This document shows, one piece after another, positions 18,032 to 28,742 of a stretch of DNA of 64,000 bases. The position numbers were made by a program, and so were the translations under genes. How positions within the stretch are numbered: the stretch's first letter is position 1; every line of letters begins with the position of its first letter. The notes under the pieces were generated by a model. It saw only the letters and a program-made list of their open reading frames with translations. It was not told the origin of the DNA and did not search any database. The DNA is from an uncultured Clostridia bacterium (GTDB lineage Bacteria; Bacillota; Clostridia; UBA1381), in assembly GCA_934476675.1 (NCBI GenBank), contig CAKSOE010000007.1, positions 1 through 64,000 of the forward strand. Reading direction: 5' to 3'.

Positions 18032-20131
18032 TTATACTCTGTACAATAAATCCGTATATGTCGGGAACGGCCAGTAGTCCGTGGCAACCATTGTTTCAAG
18101 AGTATCCGCAACAGCTCTTAATTCGCTCATTGCCGGAATAACCGTGTCACGGTAGTAGTTACCTATTTCAAACACATCGTCCGTATCAGGAACGGCATCA
18201 GCCGCAGCGGCAAGAACATCAATCTTGTCCATAAGGTTTTCGGTAAGCGATGTAAGAGTTTTTGCTTTTTCAAGCTCTTTCGGAACGCTCAGACCCAAAG
18301 CCGTCTTTGACGAAATATCGTCTGTGATGAACTTTGTGTATTTAAGCGCTGCCGGAAGAATTTCCTGTTTTGCCATTTCAAGCATTGTAAGCATTTCAAT
18401 ATGCAGTGTCTTATCATATTCCTCCATCATGATGTCGCATCTTGTGGTTGTTTCAACCTCGGTGAATACACCGTGCTTTGCAAACAAATCAATCGATTTC
18501 TGCGATTTGAAATGCGGGAGTGCATCCGGAGTCGTTTTGAGGTTCGGCAAGCCTCTCTTTTCTGCCTCCTCAACCCACTCGTCGCTGTAACCGTTTCCGT
18601 TGAATATAATTCTGTCATGCTTCTTGAATGCGTCGATTGCGATTTCAAGCGCTTTATCATGTACTTCCTGTTCTGTTTTGCAGCCTTCAAGTTTTTCTGC
18701 AAACTGGCTCAGTGATTCGGCAACAATTGTATTGATAACAATATTGATTCCCGAAATCGACTGTGAAGAACCGGGCATTCTGAACTCAAATCTGTTTCCC
18801 GTAAAGGCAAACGGTGATGTTCTGTTTCTGTCTGTGCTGTCCTTTTTGATAACCGGAAGCGCTTCAACGCCTGTTTCAAGGAAAGCGGCAGCGGCAGTAC
18901 CACTGCTGATTTTACCCGTCTTTAATTCTTCAAGTACCGAATTAAGCTGATCGCCGAGGTAAATTGAAACAATTGCCGGCGGAGCTTCGTTAGCGCCGAG
19001 TCTGTGGTCATTTCCGGCGGTTGCAACGCTGACACGCAGAATATCGCTGTATTCGTCAACAGCCTTTATTACGGCTGCGAGAAACAACAGGAACTGTACA
19101 TTCTCAACAGGCTTTTTACCGGGTTTTAAGAGGTTTTCGCCGTCTGATGTACCCAATGACCAGTTATTGTGTTTACCCGAACCGTTAATTCCGTCATAGG
19201 GCTTTTCATGCAGCAGGCAGTACAAGCCGTGGCGGTCGGCAACCTTTTTGAGGATTTCCATTGTAAGCTGGTTGTGGTCGGTTGCAAGGTTGGTGGTTGA
19301 GAAAATCGGTGCAATTTCGTGCTGTGCCGGGGCAACCTCGTTATGCTTTGTTTTTGCGAGAACACCGAGTCTCCATAATTCCTCGTCAACCTCTTTCATG
19401 AACGCCGATACTCTTTCCTTAATCTGACCGAAGTAATGGTCGTCCATTTCCTGACCCTTTGCCGGCATTGCGCCAAACAGTGTTCTGCCCGAAAGCATAA
19501 GGTCTTTTCTCTTATCTCTGAGTTTCTTGTCTACGAGGAAATACTCCTGTTCCGGTCCTACGAACGATACAACTCTTGACGGAGTTTTTCCGAAATATTT
19601 AAGTACTTTTTTTGCTTCTCTGTTAACAGCGTCCATGGAACGGAGGAGAGGAGTCTTTTTATCGAGAACTTCGCCCGTGTACGATACGAATGATGTCGGA
19701 ATACACAGCGAATTGTCTTTAATGAATGCGTATGAAGTAGGATCCCATGCAGTATATCCGCGTGCTTCAAATGTAGCTCTCAGACCGCCTGAGGGAAATG
19801 ATGAAGCGTCAGGTTCGCCTACAACAAGCTCCTTGCCCGAAAATTCCATAATTACGTTGCCGTCGTCGGTCGGCTGTATAAACGAATCGTGCTTTTCGGC
19901 AGTAAATCCTGTCATCGGCTGGAACCAGTGCGTATAATGTGTGCAGCCGTTTTCAACAGCCCAGTCCTTCATTGCATTTGCAACTACCTCTGCGACGGAT
20001 ATATCAAGCTTAGAACCGTCGTTAATAGTCTTTAACAATGATTTGTAAGTTTCCTTAGGCAGCCGTGCCTTCATTGTTTCAAGGTTAAACACCTTGCTTC
20101 CAAAGATTTCAGCAACATTTCCGTTTTTCAT
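18032..20131 (-). CDS. glnN: glutamine synthetase type III
   Basis: 699 aa; N-terminus [36 protein letters not shown]... and length characteristic of GSIII (GlnN); ATG start. Confidence 0.85.
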   Translation of the reverse strand: MKNGNVAEIFGSKVFNLETMKARLPKETYKSLLKTINDGSKLDISVAEVVANAMKDWAVENGCTHYTHWFQPMTGFTAEKHDSFIQPTDDGNVIMEFSGKELVVGEPDASSFPSGGLRATFEARGYTAWDPTSYAFIKDNSLCIPTSFVSYTGEVLDKKTPLLRSMDAVNREAKKVLKYFGKTPSRVVSFVGPEQEYFLVDKKLRDKRKDLMLSGRTLFGAMPAKGQEMDDHYFGQIKERVSAFMKEVDEELWRLGVLAKTKHNEVAPAQHEIAPIFSTTNLATDHNQLTMEILKKVADRHGLYCLLHEKPYDGINGSGKHNNWSLGTSDGENLLKPGKKPVENVQFLLFLAAVIKAVDEYSDILRVSVATAGNDHRLGANEAPPAIVSIYLGDQLNSVLEELKTGKISSGTAAAAFLETGVEALPVIKKDSTDRNRTSPFAFTGNRFEFRMPGSSQSISGINIVINTIVAESLSQFAEKLEGCKTEQEVHDKALEIAIDAFKKHDRIIFNGNGYSDEWVEEAEKRGLPNLKTTPDALPHFKSQKSIDLFAKHGVFTEVETTTRCDIMMEEYDKTLHIEMLTMLEMAKQEILPAALKYTKFITDDISSKTALGLSVPKELEKAKTLTSLTENLMDKIDVLAAAADAVPDTDDVFEIGNYYRDTVIPAMSELRAVADTLETMVATDYWPFPTYTDLLYRV

Positions 20132-20202
20132 AGTATTACCTCCCTAAATTTAAGCTTAAAGCATATGCGTTAAGCGTATTAACATATTTGATATATAACT
20201 GA

Positions 20203-20244
20203 AACAAGGGCATTTTATAATAGTCATTATAAAACGCCCTTGTT
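20203..20244 (-). terminator. hairpin terminator after aspS operon
   Basis: aacaagggc attttataatagtcattataaaac gcccttgtt with T-rich flank; ~120 nt downstream of aspS stop. Confidence 0.45.
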
Positions 20245-20363
20245 TTAATGTTCACTTAATATCATCTATACTGATATTATACCACTAATATTTTATTTGT
20301 CAATATACAAATTATAAAATAAGTTGTGTAAATAACCGCACTTTATTTATACATTTTGTCGTA

Positions 20364-21674
20364 TTACGGGTCAAGATGGTGCAAATCGCGCGGGAACAAG
20401 CTTGCCTGGCGAATGTTTTCGAGTCCCAAAAGCTTCATTACCAGTCTTTCAAGACCGATTCCCAAACCGCCGTGAGGCGGCATACCGTATTTATGAATAT
20501 CAAGATATGCACCCAATTCTTCCGGCTTTATGTTGTAGCGTTCAAGTTTTTTGACCTGTTCTTCATAGTCGTGTATACGCTGACCGCCCGTGGTTATTTC
20601 CAGACCTCTGAAAAGCAAGTCAAAGCTTTCGGCAAGCTTTTCGTCCTCGGGTGAGTTCTTTGCGTAGAACGGACGTTTAAGCGCAGGGAACTTTGTTATA
20701 AATATAAAGTCGCTGTTGTATTCGCGCTTTGCATATTCGCAAAGACGTATTTCGTCCGTCGGATCAAGGTCAAACTGGTTATGCTCCTTTTGGCATATGT
20801 CCAGAGCCTCAAAAAAGGTTACGGACGGAATATCCTCTATTACAGGTATTTCAGCGCCGAGCAGCGCAATCTCATGCGAGTAATTTTTGCGCAGATAATC
20901 GGTAACGTATCTGAGCATTGCCGTTTCGGTCTGCATGATATCCGCCATGCTTTTGATATAAGCCATTTCAAAGTCCAGTCCGATGTACTCGTTCAGATGC
21001 CTTGTGGAGTTGTGCTTTTCCGCACGGTATACCGGTGCAATCTCAAACACTCTGTCAAAGAACGCCACACAGGTCTGCTTGTAAAACTGCGGACTCTGTG
21101 CCAAAGTCGCATCCTGACCGAAATATTTAAGCTTAAAAATGTTTGCGCCGCCCTCAGCGCCCATTTTTGTGATTTTCGGGGTGTGAATTTCGGTAAAGCC
21201 CTGCGAAAGCATAAATTCACGGAAGCCGCTTACAACGCCCTCGCTTACTTTAAATACCGCGCGCGTATCCGGATGACGGAGCGCAACGCTTCTGTATTCC
21301 ATGTTTGTTTCGAGCGTACAGCCGAGATGCTTGTCGGATACGTGCAGGGGGTATTCGTGAGCCGGAACTGAAAGTATTTCAAATGAAGAAAGTGTTATTT
21401 CATATCCGTATAATGCTCTTTTTTCCTCTCTTACCGTACCGGAAACAGTTACATATGCTCCCTCACACAGCTTTTCAAAATCGCCGCTGCATGAATCAGC
21501 TGAATAAGTAGACTGTATCAAATATCTTCCCGTGCGCAGAATTATAAATGAGAATCCGCCCATATCACGGATTTTATGAACACAGGCGCTGAATGTGATT
21601 TCACTGCCGCATTTTTCTTGCAGCTCGTCTAACGTGAATGTGCCGATTAAATCTTTTCCGCTTATCGTTTGCAT
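20364..21674 (-). CDS. aspS: aspartate--tRNA ligase, archaeal/type-2 form (likely non-discriminating, Asp-tRNA(Asp/Asn))
   Basis: 436 aa class-II aaRS with N-terminal OB anticodon-binding fold and C-terminal ...GGLGIGLERLVMKLLGLENIRQASLFPRDLHHLDP; last gene of gatC-gatA-gatB operon (18-nt gap to gatB). Confidence 0.75.
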   Translation of the reverse strand: MQTISGKDLIGTFTLDELQEKCGSEITFSACVHKIRDMGGFSFIILRTGRYLIQSTYSADSCSGDFEKLCEGAYVTVSGTVREEKRALYGYEITLSSFEILSVPAHEYPLHVSDKHLGCTLETNMEYRSVALRHPDTRAVFKVSEGVVSGFREFMLSQGFTEIHTPKITKMGAEGGANIFKLKYFGQDATLAQSPQFYKQTCVAFFDRVFEIAPVYRAEKHNSTRHLNEYIGLDFEMAYIKSMADIMQTETAMLRYVTDYLRKNYSHEIALLGAEIPVIEDIPSVTFFEALDICQKEHNQFDLDPTDEIRLCEYAKREYNSDFIFITKFPALKRPFYAKNSPEDEKLAESFDLLFRGLEITTGGQRIHDYEEQVKKLERYNIKPEELGAYLDIHKYGMPPHGGLGIGLERLVMKLLGLENIRQASLFPRDLHHLDP

Positions 21675-21692
21675 AGTTCAATCTTCCTTTCG

Positions 21693-23111
21693 TTATTTAA
21701 GCTTTTCGGTCAATACGTCCTTTATAAGCTTTGGGTTTGCGCTTTTTCCGGCAAGACGCATTATCTGTCCCATAAAGAATCCGAACAGCTTATCGTTTCC
21801 TGCTTTGTATTTGGCAACGCTGTCGGCATTTTCGGCAAGGAATTTATCGGCAATTTCCTCAATGGCGCTGCTGTCACTGCTCATTATAAAGCCGCGTTCC
21901 TCCGCAATCTTTTCGGGTTTACCGCCGCGCTCGAACATAAGCTGTACAATCTGCTTTGCGCTGCCTAAGTTTATTTTGCCTTCCGAAACCATTTTAACCG
22001 TTTCGGCAATGCCGGCGGGTGTAAACGGTACGTCGGAGATTGACATTTCACTTGTGTTCAGCATATGACTTACTTCTCCGACCATCATGTTTGCAATCTG
22101 CTTGTAATCCGGATTTATTTTCACGGCGTCATCGTAAAAATCGGAAAATTCTCTTGCAGCAGTCAGAAGAACTGCATCCTCATAGGGAAGTCCGTAGCTT
22201 TTTGTATAGCGTTCGATACGCTCCTTAGGCATTTCGGGCATCGACTGCTTTATTTTCAAAAGCTCCTCATCGGTGAATATAACCGGAGGAATATCCGGTT
22301 CCGGGAAGTAGCGGTAGTCGTGCGCTTCCTCCTTTGAACGCAGAGCCTTTGTATCATCGTGGTTTTCGTTATAACGGCGTGTTTCCTGTTTTACAGCGCC
22401 GCCCTTGTCAAGAATTTCGCTCTGACGCTGTATTTCGTATTCAATCGCTCTGCCGATGGATTTGATTGAGTTAATATTTTTCAGCTCGGCTCTTGTTCCG
22501 AAAGTATCAGAGCCGTACGGCATAAGTGAAATATTTACATCAACTCTCAAAGAACCCTGATCCATACGTGCATCACACACGCCGGCATATTTTAAGCGCA
22601 GTGCGATTTTTTGCACAAAATCCTGAACCTGTTCAACAGTACGGAAATCCGGTTCGGTTACAATTTCGATAAGCGGAACTCCGCATCTGTTGTAATCTGC
22701 CATGGAAATGCCCTCATAATCGTCATGAACAAGCTTTCCGGCATCTTCTTCTATGTGTATACGGTTTATGCGTATATCTGTTCCGTCAGATACGGTTATA
22801 TGACCGTCCGTGCATATCGGGTCAAAAAACTGTGTTATCTGATAGGCTTTCGGCAAATCGGGGTAAAAATAATTCTTTCTGTCAAACGCACTGTATTTAT
22901 GAACCGTACAGTCTGTTGCAAAGCCTGCCTTTGCGGCAAGCATTACAGCGCCTTGGTTGAGAACGGGAAGTGTTCCGGGCATTCCCGAGCATCTCGGACA
23001 TGCACGCGTATTTTCGCCGCCGCCGAATTCGTTTGCGCATGAGCAGAATACCTTTGAATCGGTAAGAAGCTCACAGTGTATTTCAAGTCCTATAACCGGC
23101 TGATACCTCAT
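21693..23111 (-). CDS. gatB: Asp/Glu-tRNA amidotransferase subunit B
   Basis: 472 aa; MRYQPVIGLEIHCELLTDSKVFCSCANEFGG... canonical GatB N-terminus; overlaps gatA stop by 4 nt. Confidence 0.9.
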   Translation of the reverse strand: MRYQPVIGLEIHCELLTDSKVFCSCANEFGGGENTRACPRCSGMPGTLPVLNQGAVMLAAKAGFATDCTVHKYSAFDRKNYFYPDLPKAYQITQFFDPICTDGHITVSDGTDIRINRIHIEEDAGKLVHDDYEGISMADYNRCGVPLIEIVTEPDFRTVEQVQDFVQKIALRLKYAGVCDARMDQGSLRVDVNISLMPYGSDTFGTRAELKNINSIKSIGRAIEYEIQRQSEILDKGGAVKQETRRYNENHDDTKALRSKEEAHDYRYFPEPDIPPVIFTDEELLKIKQSMPEMPKERIERYTKSYGLPYEDAVLLTAAREFSDFYDDAVKINPDYKQIANMMVGEVSHMLNTSEMSISDVPFTPAGIAETVKMVSEGKINLGSAKQIVQLMFERGGKPEKIAEERGFIMSSDSSAIEEIADKFLAENADSVAKYKAGNDKLFGFFMGQIMRLAGKSANPKLIKDVLTEKLK

Positions 23112-24550
23112 AATACCGCCTCCTTACGTTTGAAATCTTTTTCAAATCGGTCGCAGACCGCAATAATTGTTTTTTCGTCAAAAGCTTTTCCGGTAAGGCT
23201 CATGCCTATCGGCATTCCGTCAGTGCCGTAGCCGCATACGGTGGAAATAGCCGGAAGCCCGGCAATGTTTACCGTTACGGTGCAGATGTCGGAAAGATAC
23301 ATTTTAACAGGATCTGCCTCCTGTTCGCCTATTTTGTATGCCGTTGTCGGCGCGGTAGGCGTAAGTATTACATCGCAGGTCTTGAATATTTCAGCATATT
23401 CACTGCGGATTTGTGTGCGTATTTTTCTTGCGGTATTGTAGTAAGCGTCATAATAGCCCGAACAAAGCGCATAGTTTCCGAGCATTATTCTGCGCTTGAC
23501 CTCATCGCCGAAGCCTTCGCTTCTCGATTGCGAAATAAGCTCCGAATAATCCTCCCCCAGACCGCTTCTGTGTCCGTATTTTATGCCGTCAAAGCGTGAA
23601 AGGTTTGACGCAGCCTCTGCCGAAGATATAAGATAGTAAGCCGAAACAGCATATTCAAGCGAGGGAAGAGAGCAGTCGGTGATTTCACAGCCGAGTGATT
23701 TATAATAATCTGCCGCCTTTAATACCGCTTTCTTTACCTCATCGGTTACGCCGTCCAGAAATTCTCGCGGAACACCTATGCGCAGCTTTGAAATATCGCT
23801 GCCTATAAGCGCTGTGCTGCCGCCGACGGCTTTTTGCGATGATGTTGCATCGTTTGCGTCACAGCCGCAGATTGAATCAAATACCAAGCCGGTGTCAGCT
23901 GCGCTCTTTGCAACAACGCCTATCTGGTCGAGAGACGATGCAAAAGCTATAAGACCCCACCTTGATACCGAGCCGTAAGTAGGTTTAAGTCCCGTAACAC
24001 CGCAGAATGCGCTCGGCTGACGAACCGAACCGCCGGTGTCGCTGCCGAGAGCCGCAGCGCAAAGCTCTGCCGCAACCGACGCTGCCGCTCCGCCCGATGA
24101 ACCTCCGGGAACTCTTGATGTATCATACGGATTTTTAACTCCGCCAAAATATGATGTCTGTGAAGAACCACCCATGGCAAATTCGTCCATGTTGGTTTTG
24201 CCGAGAATCACCGCGTGCTGTGATTTTAATTTAAGAACCGCCGTAGCATCGTATGACGGAATAAAATCCTCAAGCATTTTTGACGCACAGGTGGTTTTCA
24301 AAGAGTATGTGCAGATATTATCCTTTACCGACATCGGAATACCGGTAAGGGGCGCCGATTTGTTTTCATCAATCAGCTTTTGTGCCGCTTCCGCATCTTT
24401 TAAGGCGCTTTCGGCACATACGGTAATATAACTGTTTATTTTTGAGTCTGTCTTTTCTATTCTGTCGAGATAGTGTTTTGTAAGCTCCGCAGCGCTTATT
24501 TTCTTTTCGTCAAGAGCGCCGCGCATCTGTGTTAAATCCACAAAAATCAA
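23108..24550 (-). CDS. gatA: Asp/Glu-tRNA amidotransferase subunit A (amidase family)
   Basis: Amidase signature (GGSSGGAAASVAA, KDNI...); track start is TTG; alternative GTG ~24535 / ATG 24526 (MRGALDEKKISAAELTK...) equally plausible. Confidence 0.9.
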   Translation of the reverse strand: MIFVDLTQMRGALDEKKISAAELTKHYLDRIEKTDSKINSYITVCAESALKDAEAAQKLIDENKSAPLTGIPMSVKDNICTYSLKTTCASKMLEDFIPSYDATAVLKLKSQHAVILGKTNMDEFAMGGSSQTSYFGGVKNPYDTSRVPGGSSGGAAASVAAELCAAALGSDTGGSVRQPSAFCGVTGLKPTYGSVSRWGLIAFASSLDQIGVVAKSAADTGLVFDSICGCDANDATSSQKAVGGSTALIGSDISKLRIGVPREFLDGVTDEVKKAVLKAADYYKSLGCEITDCSLPSLEYAVSAYYLISSAEAASNLSRFDGIKYGHRSGLGEDYSELISQSRSEGFGDEVKRRIMLGNYALCSGYYDAYYNTARKIRTQIRSEYAEIFKTCDVILTPTAPTTAYKIGEQEADPVKMYLSDICTVTVNIAGLPAISTVCGYGTDGMPIGMSLTGKAFDEKTIIAVCDRFEKDFKRKEAVL

Positions 24551-24566
24551 TCCTTTCTAAATCTAT

Positions 24567-24845
24567 TTATACAACCTTTGGAACAACAAAGCTGTTATTC
24601 TTGACGTTCTTTGCATTGCCTGTAATTTCCTCGGGCGAAGACGATGAGGAGTGAACGTCATTTCTGAGGTTATTGTAATCCACCGCATCTGCGGTGTACG
24701 GATTGACGGGATTATTAAATTCGCGTACCTTGTCCATCAAGGCAACAATATCGGTCATAGCGGCTGTCATTTTGTCAAGTTCGCCGTCTGTAAAATTGAT
24801 TTTAGAAAGCTGTGCAAGATGCTTTGTAAGCTCTGAATCAAACAT
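24567..24845 (-). CDS. gatC: Asp/Glu-tRNA amidotransferase subunit C
   Basis: 92 aa; MFDSELTKHLAQLSKINFTDGELDKMTAAMTDIVALMDKVREF typical GatC; ATG start. Confidence 0.85.
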   Translation of the reverse strand: MFDSELTKHLAQLSKINFTDGELDKMTAAMTDIVALMDKVREFNNPVNPYTADAVDYNNLRNDVHSSSSSPEEITGNAKNVKNNSFVVPKVV

Positions 24846-25039
24846 AATTCCTCATACCTTTCTTATTTTTTTAAAGAAAAAACGGCATTGCATACAAATA
24901 AAGTATGCAACACCGTTGTCGCTTATGGTAATATAATAGCACATATATTCCGTATTTGCAAGTAAAATTTATATTTTTGTTAAATTTTCACACACAGATA
25001 CAGTCAATTTAACTGCCGACTATAGAAATCGGTAATATT

Positions 25040-25225
25040 TTAGTGCATCATATCCATTGCCGTGTCGATAACGCCGCCGATGCTTTTAAAAACACCCTCA
25101 GTCTTTTTTGCAATCTTTTTTCTCTGCCTGTCCGAAACAGGGTCTGTCATCATCGTTACGGCAGCGCCCACAACCATTCCGGTTGCAACGCCCTTGAAAA
25201 ATCCGGGGCTTGTAAAAGTGTTCAT
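25040..25225 (-). CDS. small Gly/Ala/Met-rich protein (~61 aa), unknown function
   Basis: GAGGAGG RBS 9 nt upstream of internal ATG (MNTFTSPGFFKGVATGMVVGAAVTMMTD...); glycine-zipper-like hydrophobic stretch. Confidence 0.35.
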   Translation of the reverse strand: MNTFTSPGFFKGVATGMVVGAAVTMMTDPVSDRQRKKIAKKTEGVFKSIGGVIDTAMDMMH

Positions 25226-25335
25226 GTGTCCTGCCTCCTCTTTGAACATTAAGGCATCCGCATTTTTTATGATAACGAATGTCTTTTCTTATTATTCGGC
25301 AAAAAAAGAACAAATAACCGTAGAAATTTATAGTA

Positions 25336-26874
25336 TTAAATAAGCGGAGCGACGGGGCGCAAAATTCTTCCGATAAATTTCGTATACATCGGATAGCGTT
25401 TATATGTATCCGTTGTAACAGGCGTACAGACTTCGAGCGTATTTTGGTAATCGCTTTCTATTTCAAGTATTTCGGGAACTTCATACATATATGCGGCACA
25501 TTCATAATGAAGATACATACTTCTGAAATCAAAATTGACCGTTCCCACTGCTGCGCGGAGGTCATCGCTTACCAATAGCTTGGCATGATTAAAGCCCGGT
25601 GTGTATTCGTATATTTTTATACCTGCCTTTATAAGTTCGGGATAGTACGAATGTGCAAGCCAGAAAGCTGTTTTTTTGTCGGGAGTATGTGGCATGATGA
25701 TTTTTACGTCCACGCCGCGCTGTGCCGCAAATTTTAACGCTTCAAACATTTCGTTGTCTATTGCAAGATACGGAGTCATAATATGACAGTATCTTGCCGC
25801 CGAATTTATTATATAAATATATACCTGTTTGCCGACGTATTCGCTGTCGAGCGGACTGTCACCGTACGGAATAACTATTCCGTCCGACTGCATAGGATTT
25901 TTTGACGCTTCACATATATATTTTCCGGGGTCGTAATCCATAGTGTCGGAGCTCATATTCCACATTTCAAGGAACATTGCCGTAAATCCGGCAGCAGCAT
26001 CACCCGTAACCTTTACGCCGACATCTTTCCAGTGCCCGAAACGTTCAATGTAATTTGCATATTCGTCGGCAAGGTTGATGCCGCCGGTAAAAGCTGTTTT
26101 TCCGTCTATAACCATTATTTTCCTGTGGTCGCGGTTGTTCTGATAAGTCGACAAAAGCGGCTGAATGGGGGAAAATATCCAGCTTTTTATGCCAAAGCTT
26201 CTCAATTCGCTTACATAGCCCTTTGGCAGAGTTGTAAGACAGCCCATTCCGTCAAACAAAACTCTTACCTCTACGCCCTCGTTTACCTTTTTTTTGAGTA
26301 TGCTGAGAATTTCCGGCCATACCCTGCCGGAACGGTTAATAATGAAAAATTCTATAAAAATAAACTGTTTTGCGGTTTTCAGTTCCTCAATCATTGCCGG
26401 AATCATCGTATCGCCGAGGGAATAATATTTTACCGATGTGTTCTTGTATGCCGGAGAACCGCCGTATGCGGAAAGATAATTGATAAGTCCGGCTTCGGCA
26501 GGGCTGCTGCTTTTAACTGAATCAAGTATATCCTTATCCTGCTTCATGTACGGAGCCGTTATTTTGCGGATTGCCTTTTGAGCGGTGGCAAGTCCGGAGG
26601 TCATAATATCGGTGTGAAGATAAATATACAAAAGTGCGCCGAACACCGGAATTATCGCAATAAGAAGCGTCCACGTCAGCTTAAATGTCGGTTCGTCGCC
26701 GCGGTTTATCTCGACAATAATAAGAATTGCGCTCAACAAAGAAGTCGCACCGAACAGATATACATTATACTCGCTAAGCCATATTGCACCGAGAGACAGA
26801 ACAAACAGCTGAAAAATCAGCATTAAAAATGCAAAAAACTTATTTGAATATATAAGTCTTGCAAGTCTTTTCAT
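25336..26874 (-). CDS. cls: cardiolipin synthase
   Basis: 512 aa; two N-terminal TM helices; two PLD HKD motifs (..HRKIMVIDGKTAFTGGINLADEY.. and ..HAKLLVSDD..). Confidence 0.85.
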   Translation of the reverse strand: MKRLARLIYSNKFFAFLMLIFQLFVLSLGAIWLSEYNVYLFGATSLLSAILIIVEINRGDEPTFKLTWTLLIAIIPVFGALLYIYLHTDIMTSGLATAQKAIRKITAPYMKQDKDILDSVKSSSPAEAGLINYLSAYGGSPAYKNTSVKYYSLGDTMIPAMIEELKTAKQFIFIEFFIINRSGRVWPEILSILKKKVNEGVEVRVLFDGMGCLTTLPKGYVSELRSFGIKSWIFSPIQPLLSTYQNNRDHRKIMVIDGKTAFTGGINLADEYANYIERFGHWKDVGVKVTGDAAAGFTAMFLEMWNMSSDTMDYDPGKYICEASKNPMQSDGIVIPYGDSPLDSEYVGKQVYIYIINSAARYCHIMTPYLAIDNEMFEALKFAAQRGVDVKIIMPHTPDKKTAFWLAHSYYPELIKAGIKIYEYTPGFNHAKLLVSDDLRAAVGTVNFDFRSMYLHYECAAYMYEVPEILEIESDYQNTLEVCTPVTTDTYKRYPMYTKFIGRILRPVAPLI

Positions 26875-26877
26875 GGA

Positions 26878-27408
26878 TTAATAATCTCCTTTCACGTTTC
26901 TTATGTGTTTAAAGGTTTTATCTTCGCCGTATTGACTGAGCATTTCGCACCAGCTTTCGAGCAATGCGGCAGTTTCGGGGTGCATGATGTTTTTTGCGTT
27001 GCCGTTACGAAAATAGTCTATCGGATTGTTGTCCGTATAGTTTACACCCAGATATATTTTTCCTGCGGCAACTCTGTCACAAAACATTTCTTTTACGTAT
27101 TTCAATGGCATTTTAACAGCCTCGATACGCTTGGTGCGCGGATTGTAATCTGTCCAGTATTCAAAATGATGCTTATTTCTGCCTTTGTGATGCATCCATG
27201 CGTTTGAATAGCCGCATTCGGCACGCGCAGCCTCTGCCGGACTGCGATAACCCTGATAGTATTTTGCGCCTTCGATAAATTCGGCAAGACTGTATTTGGA
27301 TAAATCATGCCGCAGTCCCTGCAGCGGAATTCCGGCTTTAAAGCAGTGTTCTATAACCCTGTGCCTGTGTTTTGTTATAGTTTGAAAGTGTTTTATAATA
27401 TGCAGCAT
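26878..27408 (-). CDS. conserved hypothetical protein (His-rich, 176 aa)
   Basis: ATG start; MLHIIKHFQTITKHRHRVIEHCF...WMHHKGRNKHHFEYW; no clear catalytic signature; 4 nt from cls start (operon-like). Confidence 0.5.
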   Translation of the reverse strand: MLHIIKHFQTITKHRHRVIEHCFKAGIPLQGLRHDLSKYSLAEFIEGAKYYQGYRSPAEAARAECGYSNAWMHHKGRNKHHFEYWTDYNPRTKRIEAVKMPLKYVKEMFCDRVAAGKIYLGVNYTDNNPIDYFRNGNAKNIMHPETAALLESWCEMLSQYGEDKTFKHIRNVKGDY

Positions 27409-27502
27409 ATTTAATATCTTCCTTACTTTGTATATCGTATTATTATATCACGTTTTGCCGAAAAAAACAATACATCATTTGTTAATTTTGAAAAAAATAA
27501 GG

Positions 27503-27534
27503 CACCCCGAAACGTTTTATGCGTTTGGGGTGTC
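27503..27534 (-). terminator. rho-independent terminator after fprA
   Basis: ggcaccccgaaacg-ttttatg-cgtttggggtgtc hairpin followed on minus strand by T-run (cctTATTTTTTTc). Confidence 0.5.
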
Positions 27535-27539
27535 TGAAA

Positions 27540-28691
27540 TCAGCACATTTCTGCGGCAAGTGCATCAAGCTGACCGATATTGTCTGCATTGACAGCCGAC
27601 ATAATGCGGACATTGGTATCTGCAAATGTAATATCCTTACAGCCTTCAAGCATTTTCTGCATGGTTTTTGATGCAGTCGGCGCCCAGCTTCCGTTTTCGA
27701 TAAATCCGACTTTTCTGTTCCGGAAATTACGTTCCGTAAGGTGATTTATAAATTCTTTCATAAACGGGAAAATATCGGCGTTGTAGGTAGTTGTGGCAAG
27801 AACGAGTTTTCCGTAACGGAATGCGTCCTCAACCGCCTCTGCCATATCACAGCGTGCAAGATCGTTTACCGCAACCTTCGGACAGCCTTTTTCACGCAGT
27901 TTTTCGGCAAGCAGTTCGGCGGCTTTTTTTGTGTTGCCGTAAACTGAGGTGTATGCAATCATTACACCGTCTGTTTCCACACCGTATGATGACCAGGTAT
28001 CGTAAAGACCAAGGTAGTAGCCGAGGTTTTCGCAAAGAACAGGGCCGTGCAGAGGACAGATTATCTGAATATCCAATGCCGAAGCCTTTTTCAGCAGAGT
28101 CTGCACCTGCGCACCGTATTTTCCGACAATACCGAAGTAATATCGGCGTGCCTCACACGCCCAGTCCTCGTCAGCGTCAAGTGCGCCGAATTTTCCGAAT
28201 CCGTCGGCAGAAAAAAGAACTTTGTCAATATTGTCGTATGTTACGATAACCTCGGGCCAGTGCACCATGGGAGCGGTGATAAAAGTGAGCGTATGTTTAC
28301 CGAGATTCAAAGTATCTCTTTCGCCTACAACAATGCGCCTGTCCGAAAAATCAGTACCGAAGAAATTCATCATCATGGTAAAGGCCTTTGCGGAGGCAAC
28401 AATTTTTGCATCTTTGTAAATTTCGGCAAATTCCGCAATGTTGGCAGAGTGATCCGGTTCCATGTGCTGTACAATCAGATAATCCGGTGTACGTCCGTCA
28501 AGCGCCGATTCAAGGTTTTTAAGCCATTCTTCTTTAAAATTTGCGTCTACTGTGTCCATAACGGCAATTTTTTCATCAATAACGGCGTATGAATTGTAAG
28601 CCATGCCGTTTTCGACAATATATTGTCCTTCAAATAAATCAATATCGCGGTCGTTTACTCCGATGTATTTAATATCTTTTGTAATTTCCAT
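27540..28691 (-). CDS. fprA: FprA-family flavodiiron protein (metallo-beta-lactamase-like diiron domain + flavodoxin domain)
   Basis: 383 aa; diiron ligand motif HMEPDHSAN (H-x-E-x-D-H); C-terminal flavodoxin-like region; ATG start. Confidence 0.85.
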   Translation of the reverse strand: MEITKDIKYIGVNDRDIDLFEGQYIVENGMAYNSYAVIDEKIAVMDTVDANFKEEWLKNLESALDGRTPDYLIVQHMEPDHSANIAEFAEIYKDAKIVASAKAFTMMMNFFGTDFSDRRIVVGERDTLNLGKHTLTFITAPMVHWPEVIVTYDNIDKVLFSADGFGKFGALDADEDWACEARRYYFGIVGKYGAQVQTLLKKASALDIQIICPLHGPVLCENLGYYLGLYDTWSSYGVETDGVMIAYTSVYGNTKKAAELLAEKLREKGCPKVAVNDLARCDMAEAVEDAFRYGKLVLATTTYNADIFPFMKEFINHLTERNFRNRKVGFIENGSWAPTASKTMQKMLEGCKDITFADTNVRIMSAVNADNIGQLDALAAEMC

Positions 28692-28742
28692 TTTGTTTAT
28701 CTCCTTTATTTATGGTTTGATTATATTCTACACCATTTTCGA

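Noticed and set aside
20132-20363. Possible regulatory RNA (e.g. glnA-type leader) between glnN and aspS
   Set aside because: Only a single terminator-like hairpin and AT-rich promoter-like sequence are present; no conserved riboswitch features are recognisable.
24846-25039. T-box riboswitch in the gatC/aspS operon leader
   Set aside because: The leader is only ~190 nt. No T-box consensus (AATTAGGGTGGTACCGCG-like) or specifier-loop architecture is visible, only a generic imperfect hairpin.
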